64,000 bases of DNA from Alphaproteobacteria bacterium (GTDB lineage Bacteria; Pseudomonadota; Alphaproteobacteria; SP197): the NCBI GenBank assembly GCA_965213815.1, contig OZ243917.1, positions 1,882,832-1,946,831 of the forward strand, written 5' to 3'. Below are positions 30,801-39,035 of the stretch, piece by piece. Numbering within the stretch: position 1 is the first letter of the stretch; every line of letters starts with the position of its first letter. The notes below the pieces were generated by a model that saw only the letters and a list, made by a program, of their open reading frames with translations, had not been told where the DNA came from and ran no database searches. The translations under genes were made by a program, and so were the position numbers.

Positions 30801-31442
30801 TCAAGTCCGGTCACGAAGGCGGAGAAACACCCAGACGACATAGAGGCTGTGCGGGTCTCCGGCGAAGGCCTCGAGGGGACCTGCGGTGTCGATGCGGCGG
30901 ACGAGGCCTGCGGTCTCCAGGTCCTGCGCCTCCTCCTCATATCCGCCCTCGTCGATGCCCTCGAGACGAACGGAGAGCACAAGATGCCCACCGTCGCGTG
31001 TGAGGCGGACCATCTCCCGGAAACCATGTGCCGGAGCGTGGGTGATGCCGAAGGCGCCGGCTGAGGCAACGGCGGCAAAGTGGCCGTCGGGAAGATCGAT
31101 CGGCTGTCCGAGTTCACCGGTCACCATGCTGCTGTAGACACCGCGACGGGAAGCACGCTCGAGCATGCCCGGCGACATGTCGAGGGCAACGAGGTCGCGG
31201 TATCCGCCCACCGACAGCCGTTCCCCGAGAATGCCGGTGCCGGCCCCGGCATCGAGGATGGCTCCGGCGCCGGTGGGGACATGACGCGCCACGAGGTCCG
31301 TGATGACCCCGGGCAGCCGGTAGTCACGGCGTGCGACGTCGCCGTCATAGTCGTCGGACCAGATGTCGTAGGACTGGCGCAGTTCCCGTGAATCGCGCGG
31401 TTCGTAGATCCTCCTCATCAGTTCTTCGTAAGACAGCGCCAT
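30801..31442 (-). CDS. class I SAM-dependent methyltransferase
   Basis: AILDAGAGTGILGERL (motif I) … DLPDGHFAAVASAGAF (motif II/III). AAGGAAAGGGG Shine-Dalgarno before the ATG at 31442. Confidence 0.7.
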   Translation of the reverse strand: MALSYEELMRRIYEPRDSRELRQSYDIWSDDYDGDVARRDYRLPGVITDLVARHVPTGAGAILDAGAGTGILGERLSVGGYRDLVALDMSPGMLERASRRGVYSSMVTGELGQPIDLPDGHFAAVASAGAFGITHAPAHGFREMVRLTRDGGHLVLSVRLEGIDEGGYEEEAQDLETAGLVRRIDTAGPLEAFAGDPHSLYVVWVFLRLRDRT

Positions 31443-31527
31443 GGCCCCTTTTCCTTCGGGTCGGTTGGTCAAGTGCCGGGCAATTCTGTATCCTTGTCAG
31501 CAGAAAACCTAATCGGAAGGAGACGAC

Positions 31528-32673
31528 ATGACCGGAATCATGCCCGTTGACGAGTTCAGGGATGCACTCTCCAGCAAGGCGCTTACGAGAAGGGATGTCG
31601 CGAGAACCCTGGGCGCGGTTGGCGTGGCCACGGCCACCATGCCGTTCGTACGGCAGCCCGTGATGGCCCAGGATGACGAATGGCTCTACCTCTTCACGTG
31701 GAACGGCTACGAACTGCCGGAGCTTCATCCGGCGTTTACCGAGAAGTACGGGCGCGAGCCCGACTCGTCCTTCTACGCCGACAATGACGAGGCACTGGAG
31801 AAAATCCGTGCCGGCTTCGAGGCCGATATCGTGTGTCCCAGCGGAAGCACCGTCATCCGCTGGATTCACGCCGGCTTGGTGGAGCCCATCGACACCAGCC
31901 GCCTGAGCCACTGGCCCGATATCTTCGATCAGTTACGCAATATCCGCGGTACGTCCGATGACGCGGGCAACCAGTACTACGCACCGTGGTCCTGGGGCAA
32001 TTCCTCCATCGTGTTCCGCAGTGATCTGGCGCCCGAGTACTCCGGCAAGGAGAACCACACCTGGAAGATTCTCTGGGATCCCAAGTATGCCAACCGGGTG
32101 GCGATGCGCGACAACTGGGCGGGAACCACCATTCCCGCCGGCCTCATTGCCGGAGTCGCGGATCCCTTCGCGATGACGGATGAGGAAATCGTGGAGGTCC
32201 GCAAGCTGCTTCAGGAACAGCGCGAGCTCAACCGCTTCTACTGGGCGAGCGAGGTGGATGCCCAGTCGGCCCTGGCGACCGGCGAGATCGTGGCCATGTA
32301 TGCCTGGAACTCGGCCTACGCGACGTTGAAGTCGGAAGGGGTCGAGGTCGAGTACATGGTGCCCAGGGAAGGGCTGCTGACCTGGGTCGACGGCCACGTG
32401 CTTCTGAAGAGCTACATCGGCACCGAGGAGCAGCGCTACGACTATCTCGATGCCACCCTGGCTCCCGAAGTCGGCGTCTTCATGATCGAGGAGTACGCGT
32501 ACGGCGCCGCCAATGTGAAGTCCTACGACATGGCCTCGCCGGCCATCATCGAGACTCTCGGCCTTGAGGATCCCGGGTCCATCTTGTCGGGGAGCCTGTG
32601 GTTCCAGACGGTACCGCCCGACATCCAGCGCAAGCTCGTCAATCTGCATGACGAGGTGCTTGCCGGCATGTAG
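31528..32673 (+). CDS. ABC transporter periplasmic binding protein, PotD/PotF (polyamine/amine) family, Tat signal
   Basis: Twin-arginine signal …LTRRDVARTLGAVGVATATMP… followed by a PotD-like fold (…WNGYELPELH…). Confidence 0.8.
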   Translation: MTGIMPVDEFRDALSSKALTRRDVARTLGAVGVATATMPFVRQPVMAQDDEWLYLFTWNGYELPELHPAFTEKYGREPDSSFYADNDEALEKIRAGFEADIVCPSGSTVIRWIHAGLVEPIDTSRLSHWPDIFDQLRNIRGTSDDAGNQYYAPWSWGNSSIVFRSDLAPEYSGKENHTWKILWDPKYANRVAMRDNWAGTTIPAGLIAGVADPFAMTDEEIVEVRKLLQEQRELNRFYWASEVDAQSALATGEIVAMYAWNSAYATLKSEGVEVEYMVPREGLLTWVDGHVLLKSYIGTEEQRYDYLDATLAPEVGVFMIEEYAYGAANVKSYDMASPAIIETLGLEDPGSILSGSLWFQTVPPDIQRKLVNLHDEVLAGM

Positions 32674-32723
32674 TTTCTGAAGGGGTCGGTATCATTCCGG
32701 CCCCTTCGTTGCCGGGGCGCGCC

Positions 32724-33569
32724 ATGGCATGTGAACTTGCCCTTCTGGCTGGTGATGCCGGGGTGGGCGACATTATCCGGGCGGTCGACCGCGACGGGGC
32801 CGCCATCGTCACCGATTTCGTCGATGCCGACTGGCTCGACCGCTTCAACCGAGCCATCGACCCTGCGGTCGCGAATGCGCGGCGGGTGCCCTTCGACAAT
32901 ACCGCCATCGATTCCTTCCTCGGTGACCACACGGTGCGCCTGCACGGTCTGCTGGCGAAGGCGCCGTCCTTTGTCGACCTGATGATCGAGCCGCGCCTTC
33001 TCGCCATGATGGATCACTGGCTGCTTCCCCGCTGTTCGAGTTATCTCTTCAGCGCCGGTGAGCTCATCGAGATCAGGGGAGGAGAGACGGCCCAGCGGTT
33101 TCATGTCGACGACGGGTCGTGGCCGGTCTGGCCGCGCCGGGGAGCAGGTCTTCTGCAGGTGAACGTCATGGTGGCGGCCACGGACTTCACGTGCCGCAAC
33201 GGTGCGACACTCGTGGCCCCGGGCAGCCACAGGTGGGAGAGCGGGAGGTTGCCCGGCGAGGACGAAATTGCGCACGCCGTGATGCCCCGGGGCAGCATCG
33301 CCATCATCAGGGGCGATTGCCTGCATGCCGGAGGCACCAACACGGACGGCACCCGCCGCCGTGCCCTGTCGCTGTCCTGGTGCCTTGGGTGGCTGCGAAC
33401 CGTCGAAAACACCTGGCTCACCCTTCCCCTCGACGTGGTGAGCCGACTGCCTCCGAGAGCGCGGGAACTGCTGGGCTACGAGATCTACGACGGGTCGGCC
33501 GACGAGGTACGAAGCGGATTTCTCGGCTACTACGAGATGGGCAGTCCCCGGACGCTGTTCGACGACTGA
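32724..33569 (+). CDS. PhyH-family Fe(II)/2-oxoglutarate dioxygenase
   Basis: …AQRFHVDDG… (HxD) and …APGSHRW…RGD… typical of phytanoyl-CoA dioxygenase-like enzymes. Its 3' end is duplicated at ~35322..35475. Confidence 0.75.
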   Translation: MACELALLAGDAGVGDIIRAVDRDGAAIVTDFVDADWLDRFNRAIDPAVANARRVPFDNTAIDSFLGDHTVRLHGLLAKAPSFVDLMIEPRLLAMMDHWLLPRCSSYLFSAGELIEIRGGETAQRFHVDDGSWPVWPRRGAGLLQVNVMVAATDFTCRNGATLVAPGSHRWESGRLPGEDEIAHAVMPRGSIAIIRGDCLHAGGTNTDGTRRRALSLSWCLGWLRTVENTWLTLPLDVVSRLPPRARELLGYEIYDGSADEVRSGFLGYYEMGSPRTLFDD

Positions 33570-33580
33570 ACGTCGAGGTG
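33376..33580. repeat. copy A of an imperfect direct repeat: 3' end of phyH, stop codon and ~12 bp downstream (intact)
   Basis: …ACACCTGGCTCACCCTTCCCCTCGACGTGGTGAGCCGACTGCC…CTGTTCGACGACTGAACGTCGAGG. It aligns with 35322..35480 at ~80% identity with one ~35-bp gap. Confidence 0.75.
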
Positions 33581-34043
33581 GAACTCGGATACGGTGTGAG
33601 CAACAGAGGAACTGCTTGTCCGGGACCAACGATCAGGACGATCCTGGAGAACCGGGTAGGGTATCGGGTTGGTCATCTTGTTGATGACATGCCGGGCGGT
33701 CGTCTTGGCCAGGACGATGGACTTGCAGGAGCCCGTCGCCATCCTTGCCCAAAGCCGCTCGAACGTACCGCCGTTGGACGGGATATCGACAACACCAAAC
33801 CACACGTTCGGCAGCCTCTGTCTGAAAGAAGAAGCGTCGTGTCCCGAACTCCCCAGGGTGTTCCAGCAGACGCTTCGTGACCCGCGACACGCTTGCCGAC
33901 CCGCCAGGATCGTCGTCAGTCCTGGAGTGCGGCGAGACGATGATCTGCCCGGCGGGCTTCGGCCGTCCGCAGGATCAAGAAGCCGCGTCCTCCTGTCGTA
34001 GTGCCACTCCCATGGCGAGCAGACGATCAACTGGTCGACGGGG

Positions 34044-34388
34044 TCACGACCTCGCCCCTTGCGGGACCAGATGCTCAAGTTGTGGGATGAGAAGGGGAAT
34101 GTCCTGATCCACTGTGTTCCATACGATATCCATGTCGATGTCATCGTAACCGTGGATCATGCGATTGCGCATTCCCCTGACTTGCGCCCATGGAATCTCG
34201 GGATGCCTTTCGCAGAATGTCGGCGACAACCGTCCGGTTGCCTCGCCCATGACTTCGATGCGGCGAATTACGGAATCCTGCAACTGCGGATTTGCAAGAA
34301 ACCCGCAACGCGAAACGCCCTCAATGTAGGACAGAATTGCACGAGCCGATCCGAGTATGTCGAGAAGGAGTGCGGAATCACGGTCCAT
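34044..34388 (-). CDS. hepT: HepT-family toxin (DUF86, nucleotidyltransferase-substrate-binding / RNase)
   Basis: Conserved Rx4HxY motif (RNRMIHGY). Overlaps the MNT gene. Confidence 0.8.
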   Translation of the reverse strand: MDRDSALLLDILGSARAILSYIEGVSRCGFLANPQLQDSVIRRIEVMGEATGRLSPTFCERHPEIPWAQVRGMRNRMIHGYDDIDMDIVWNTVDQDIPLLIPQLEHLVPQGARS

Positions 34389-34695
34389 AGACGAGTTCCG
34401 CCGATTGCAGGATTGCTTTGCGTCGCAGGTAGTTGGGGCTCATCTCGACACTGCGCCAACTGACAAGATCGACATCCCGCCCGAAGATGTCCTTCAGCTC
34501 CTCCTCCATCCGATCCATGTCGAACAGCGTATGGCGCGCCGCTTCGTCGAACCCGGCCAGAATGTCGATGTCGCTATTGGGGCCAAAGTCATCCCGAAGC
34601 ACCGAGCCGAACAGGGCCAGCTTCACGATGCCCCAGCGTTCACAGAATAGGGTGAGCTTGTCGGTCGGTATGGCAATGTGCGCGGTCACGACCAA
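34378..34695 (-). CDS. mnt: MNT-family nucleotidyltransferase antitoxin
   Basis: …LFGSVLRDDFGPNSDIDIL… minimal nucleotidyltransferase motif (GSx9-13DxD). Immediately upstream of, and overlapping, hepT. Confidence 0.8.
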   Translation of the reverse strand: MVVTAHIAIPTDKLTLFCERWGIVKLALFGSVLRDDFGPNSDIDILAGFDEAARHTLFDMDRMEEELKDIFGRDVDLVSWRSVEMSPNYLRRKAILQSAELVYGP

Positions 34696-35102
34696 AGGGC
34701 CCGATTGGCGCTTGCGTCAAGTCCTGAGGTTCTCGATTCTCGGAATGGCTTGATTTGCCGGCGCTTCTCGTCGCCCGGTCTGGCATGGATGTCGCCTGTC
34801 ATGAATGCGCGAACACGCTTCGGCCCGTACTCTTCGATGAGAAACCCGAGTCCGGAGATGGTGGCTCGCCGTAAGCGGCGCCGGGGACTTTCCCTGGAGA
34901 GGGTGCCCGGCGCCGGCAGGGCAACAGTAGATACGACATCCAGGTGGTTCCCAGACTTCTCGATGACTGTGCTGCCCTGGTTCGGCGGCTCGTGCAGAAC
35001 CACTGGCCCGAGTTCCAGTCTCTCCAGACACGCTGTGACCGCTTTCCTCGTCGCTTCGTCATGACCGTGCACGGCGAAGACCTTGTTGCCCCAACGCGAC
35101 AT
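34686..35102 (-). CDS. COG4271 TIR-like nucleotide-binding protein (Cap12/Pycsar-effector-like domain); start uncertain, possibly a remnant
   Basis: …NKVFAVHGHDEATRKAVTACLERLELGPVVLHEPPNQGSTVIEKSGNHLDVV… matches the KVFIVHGHDEE…LG.EPIILHEQPN.GRTIIEKFE consensus. The in-frame 5' extension runs into the degenerate phyH repeat. Confidence 0.5.
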   Translation of the reverse strand: MSRWGNKVFAVHGHDEATRKAVTACLERLELGPVVLHEPPNQGSTVIEKSGNHLDVVSTVALPAPGTLSRESPRRRLRRATISGLGFLIEEYGPKRVRAFMTGDIHARPGDEKRRQIKPFRESRTSGLDASANRALWS

Positions 35103-35321
35103 GGCAGGGTCATCGTCGCAGGTATCGGGATTTCGTTCCGCTTCCTGCCAACCCTCTTCGAATTCCTCGATCCAAGAATGAAGCAACGCGATTGCCCTGT
35201 CCACGCTGGTTCCCGCACCTTGACGATAGCCAACGATCAAATTGTGATCAACGGGAGAGAACGCTCGGCACCCAATGCCCTGCGCCTTGATTCCGCCGGT
35301 CCTGGTGCTGTTGGATGACTG

Positions 35322-35480
35322 TGCCCGGTCCAGGGACACCTGCCTCACCCTTCCCTGCGACGTGGTGGGCAGATTGCCCCGGAGAGCGTGGCAACTGCTG
35401 GGCGACGAGATCTGCGACGGATCAACTGCGAGATGGGGAGCCCCCGAGTCCTGTTCGAAGACTGAACTTCGGGGCGGGCT
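35322..35480. repeat. copy B (degenerate) of the phyH 3'-end repeat
   Basis: CCTCACCCTTCCCTGCGACGTGGTGGGCAGATTGCCCCGGAGAGCGTGGCAACTGCTGGGCGACGAGATCTGCGACGG…CTGTTCGAAGACTGAACTTCGGGG. Translates to LTLPCDVVGRLPRRAWQLLGDEICDGS versus LTLPLDVVSRLPPRARELLGYEIYDGS in copy A. Confidence 0.75.
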
Positions 35481-36283
35481 CACGGCGGCGTGGCGAAGGT
35501 CGCCCGGATGACCTCGGTTTCGCACGGGACCGCGAGGAGGCCGTCCTCACCGACGAAGGGGGCGAGCGCCCGGTCGATGGTCGCCAGGATGACGCTCCGG
35601 TCATGGTGGACCTCGGCGGCGCGAACGTGGGAGGTCGAACGGACGTAGCCGAGCCACTCGTTCCTGGTGCGCCTCCAGATCCACGGGAAGCGCCGGGTGC
35701 GGACAGTCCGGACGCACGCGAGGGTGGCCAGATCGTCGGCGCCGATGTGATCGCGGTAGGTGCGCCGGTAACCCGGAGAGATGTTCTCGAGAGCCGTTTC
35801 GTAGGCTTGCGAGATGGCGGAATCCCTGATCCTGTTATTGTTGAGGATGGCGAGGGAGCCGCCCGGGCGGAGAATGCGGCCGCACTCGGCATGGAAGAGG
35901 TCGCGGTCGAGCCAGTGAGCCGCCTGTGCGACAGTGACGAGATCGAACGTGCCGGGTGCCAGCGGCAGCCTCTCTGCCCTGCCGCCGAGCCAGTGGATGT
36001 CGCCGGTTGTTTCTGCGGCGGTCTCGAGCATGTCGCGGGCCGGTTCGATACCGATGACGAGGGAGTCGGGAAAGCGTGACCGCAACTGGCGCGTCAGGAT
36101 TCCGGTGCCGCTGGCAACGTCGGCGATACGCCGGGGATGGTGCGCCAGCCAGTCGATCGCCTCCGGTGGATAGCAGGGACGGAAGCGGTCGTAATCCGAC
36201 GCCAGGCCTTCGAAGATGGTACCGGGGTCGGCCCAGCGGGACGACCAGGGGTGTCCTGTGGCCGGGCGTTCAGCGGACCCCAT
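35480..36283 (-). CDS. class I SAM-dependent methyltransferase (Tam/type-11-like)
   Basis: …IADVASGTGILTRQL… (motif I) and …FDLVTVAQAAHWLD… Start 13 nt downstream of the fdsA stop, same strand, so it is the distal gene of the fds operon. Confidence 0.7.
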   Translation of the reverse strand: MGSAERPATGHPWSSRWADPGTIFEGLASDYDRFRPCYPPEAIDWLAHHPRRIADVASGTGILTRQLRSRFPDSLVIGIEPARDMLETAAETTGDIHWLGGRAERLPLAPGTFDLVTVAQAAHWLDRDLFHAECGRILRPGGSLAILNNNRIRDSAISQAYETALENISPGYRRTYRDHIGADDLATLACVRTVRTRRFPWIWRRTRNEWLGYVRSTSHVRAAEVHHDRSVILATIDRALAPFVGEDGLLAVPCETEVIRATFATPP

Positions 36284-39035
36284 GCCGGGCGTGCTCCACA
36301 CGGACGGCGCAGAACTTGAACTCCGGGATCTTGCCGACGGGATCGAGAGCCGGATTGGTGAGCAGGTTGGCTGCGGCTTCCACGTAGCAGAACGGCACGA
36401 ACACCATGCCGGGCTGGAGTCCCGAATCGAGGCGCACCCTGGCCTCGATGGCGCCGCGCCGTGTCTGGATGCGCACGTCGTCACCGGGCGTCAGATGAAG
36501 GCGGGCCATGTCGCCAGGCGCCATCATGGCCACCGCCTCGGGCTCGAGGCTGTCGAGCACGGTGGCGCGCCTGGTCATGGCGCCGGTATGCCAGTGCTCG
36601 AGCTGGCGTCCCGTCGTCAGGATCATCGGGAAGTTCTCGTCGGGCGTCTCGTCGGGCGGGATGATGGCCGCCGGGACCATCAGACCGCGGCCGCTTGGCG
36701 TCGGGAAGGCGTCCGCGAAGACGATCTCCTGGCCGGGATCATCCTCCGACTCGCATGGATAGATCACCGCATCCTCGGAACTGACCCGCTGCCAGGAGAT
36801 ACCGGCGATGGAGGGCATGGTCAGTCGCATCTCCTCATAGACCTCACTGATATCGCCGTAACGCCAGTCGAGTCCGAGGCCCCGGGCGATCGCCTGGATG
36901 ATGGCCCAGTCCTGACGCGCCTCCCCGGGCACAGGAACCGCCTTGCGGCCGCGCTGGACCTGGCGGTTGGTGTTGGTGACCGTGCCGTCCTTTTCGGGCC
37001 AGGCACTGGCCGGCAGGACGACGTGGGCGTGCATCGCGGTCTCGGTGAGAAAGAGATCCTGAACCACGAGATGATCGAGCCTTGCCAGGGCGGCGCGGGC
37101 GTGGTGGACATCGGGATCCGACATCGCCGGATTCTCGCCCATGATGTACATGCCCTTCATGGTTCCGTCGTGGACGGCATCCATGATCTCCACCACGGTC
37201 AGGCCCGGATCGGCGCTGAGTTCCGTCTCCCAGAGGGCGCTGAAGCGCTGCCGCACGTCCCCGTCGGCCACCGGCGCATAGTCGGGATAACTCATCGGGA
37301 TCAGTCCGGCATCGGAGGCGCCCTGCACGTTGTTCTGTCCACGCAGGGGGTGGAGCCCGGTGCCCTCGCGCCCGGTTTGGCCGGTCATGAGAGCAAGGGA
37401 GATCAGGCAGCGGGCGTTGTCCGTGCCGTGGACATGCTGGCTGATGCCCATGCCCCAGAAGATCATGGCGCGTTCGGCGCCGGCATAGGCGCGTGCCACC
37501 GCCCGCAGTGTTGGCGCATCGACGCCGGTGACCGGCTCCATCGATTCCGGGGAGTACGCCGCGAGGTGGTCCTTCAACTCCTCGAAACCCTGGGTCATCG
37601 TCTCGATGTAGACGGGATCGTGAAGCCCCTCCTCGACAATGACATGCATGATGGCGTTCAGCACCGCGACGTCGGCCCCGGGCCGGAACTGGACCATGTG
37701 GGTGGCGTGCTGACGCAGGGTCTGGCCGCGCGGATCCATGACCACGAGGCGGGCGCCGCGCTTGACGGCATTCTTGAAGAACGTGGCGGCAACAGGATGA
37801 TTTTCTGTCGGGTTTGCGCCGATGACGACAATGCAGTCCGCCTTCAGCGCTTCGGTGAAGGGAGCGGTTACCGCGCCCGAGCCGATGGTCTGCAGCAATG
37901 CCGCCACGGAACTTGCATGGCAGAGCCTGGTGCAGTGATCGACGTTGTTGCTGCCGAAGCCGGTCCGCACCAGCTTCTGGAAGAGGTAGGCTTCCTCGTT
38001 GGAACCCTTGGCGGAACCGAAACCCGCCAGGGCGCGGCCGCCGTGGCGGTCACGGATGGCGGCCAGACCTGAGGTGGCCACCTCAAGGGCCTCGTCCCAG
38101 TCCGCTTCGCGAAAGTGCGAGAAGGGATTGGCCGGATCGACCCACTCGTCGGCGCCCCGGGGCGCATCCTCGCGCCGGATGAGCGGGCGTTTGAGACGCT
38201 GGGGATCATGGATGTAGTCGAAACCGAAGCGTCCCTTGACACACAGCCGGCCGTGATTGGCGGGGCCCTCCTTGCCCTTCACGGCGATGATTCGCTCGTT
38301 CTCCACCTGGTAGGTAATCTGGCAGCCCACGCCGCAGTAGGGACAGACGCTGTCCACCTTCGTGGCAGGCACCGGCCGGCCGATGCCGGCGGCATCGACA
38401 AGGGACTTCTCCATCAGCGCGCCGGTGGGACATGACTGGACGCATTCCCCGCAGGCAACACAGGTCGATTCACCCATGGGATCGTCGAAGTCGAAGACGA
38501 TCTTCGAGTTGGGACCGCGCCCGGCCATGGCAATGACGTCATTGACCTGGATGTCCCGGCAGGCCCGCTGGCAGCGGTTGCAGTGGATGCAGGCGTCAAG
38601 ATTGACGGCCATCGCCGGATGGGAAAGGTCGGGAGCCGGCTGTGACGCCCGACGCGGAAAGCGGGAGTCGTCCAGATCTATCTCGCGAGCCCATCGCCAG
38701 AGCTCCGATGTGGTGGTGTGGGCGCGTGGTTCCTCGGGCTGGTCGGCAACGAGAAGTTCAAGCACGGTGCGGCGTGATGCCTCGGCACGGCCGCTGGCGC
38801 TGTGGACGACCATGTCCGGCGTCGGCTGGCGGATGCACGAGGCGGCAAGAGTGCGTTCGCCCTCGATTTCGACCATGCACAGCCGGCAGTTGCCGTCGGC
38901 GGCATAGTCCTGCATCTCGGTATGACACAGGTGCGGAATATGCGTTCCCGTGCGCCGCGCCACCTGCCAGATCGATTCGCCGGCATGGGCTGTGACGGTT
39001 GTTCCGTCCAGCGAGAAGGTGATGGTGTCGCTCAC
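36270..39035 (-). CDS. fdsA: NAD-dependent formate dehydrogenase alpha subunit (Cys-type, not a selenoprotein)
   Basis: N-terminal 2Fe-2S ferredoxin (…CRLCMVEIEG…), NuoG-like 4Fe-4S clusters and a Mo-bisPGD catalytic domain. No in-frame TGA. GTG start overlaps the fdsB stop (GTGA). Confidence 0.85.
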   Translation of the reverse strand: MSDTITFSLDGTTVTAHAGESIWQVARRTGTHIPHLCHTEMQDYAADGNCRLCMVEIEGERTLAASCIRQPTPDMVVHSASGRAEASRRTVLELLVADQPEEPRAHTTTSELWRWAREIDLDDSRFPRRASQPAPDLSHPAMAVNLDACIHCNRCQRACRDIQVNDVIAMAGRGPNSKIVFDFDDPMGESTCVACGECVQSCPTGALMEKSLVDAAGIGRPVPATKVDSVCPYCGVGCQITYQVENERIIAVKGKEGPANHGRLCVKGRFGFDYIHDPQRLKRPLIRREDAPRGADEWVDPANPFSHFREADWDEALEVATSGLAAIRDRHGGRALAGFGSAKGSNEEAYLFQKLVRTGFGSNNVDHCTRLCHASSVAALLQTIGSGAVTAPFTEALKADCIVVIGANPTENHPVAATFFKNAVKRGARLVVMDPRGQTLRQHATHMVQFRPGADVAVLNAIMHVIVEEGLHDPVYIETMTQGFEELKDHLAAYSPESMEPVTGVDAPTLRAVARAYAGAERAMIFWGMGISQHVHGTDNARCLISLALMTGQTGREGTGLHPLRGQNNVQGASDAGLIPMSYPDYAPVADGDVRQRFSALWETELSADPGLTVVEIMDAVHDGTMKGMYIMGENPAMSDPDVHHARAALARLDHLVVQDLFLTETAMHAHVVLPASAWPEKDGTVTNTNRQVQRGRKAVPVPGEARQDWAIIQAIARGLGLDWRYGDISEVYEEMRLTMPSIAGISWQRVSSEDAVIYPCESEDDPGQEIVFADAFPTPSGRGLMVPAAIIPPDETPDENFPMILTTGRQLEHWHTGAMTRRATVLDSLEPEAVAMMAPGDMARLHLTPGDDVRIQTRRGAIEARVRLDSGLQPGMVFVPFCYVEAAANLLTNPALDPVGKIPEFKFCAVRVEHARHGVR

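Noticed and set aside
33530-34144. 204-aa minus-strand ORF spanning the gap between phyH and hepT
   Set aside because: Ser/Arg-rich with no motif, and it overlaps both neighbouring real genes. All three minus frames and the plus frames of 33570..34044 were read without finding a credible protein. Treated as decayed DNA.
36216-38072. 618-aa plus-strand ORF opposite fdsA
   Set aside because: Lies entirely within the FdsA coding region on the other strand and has no recognisable domain.
36270-39035. Possibility that the formate dehydrogenase alpha subunit is a selenoprotein
   Set aside because: The reading frame is continuous with no in-frame TGA. The Mo-ligand position is Cys-encoded, so this is the Cys-type NAD-dependent FdsA.
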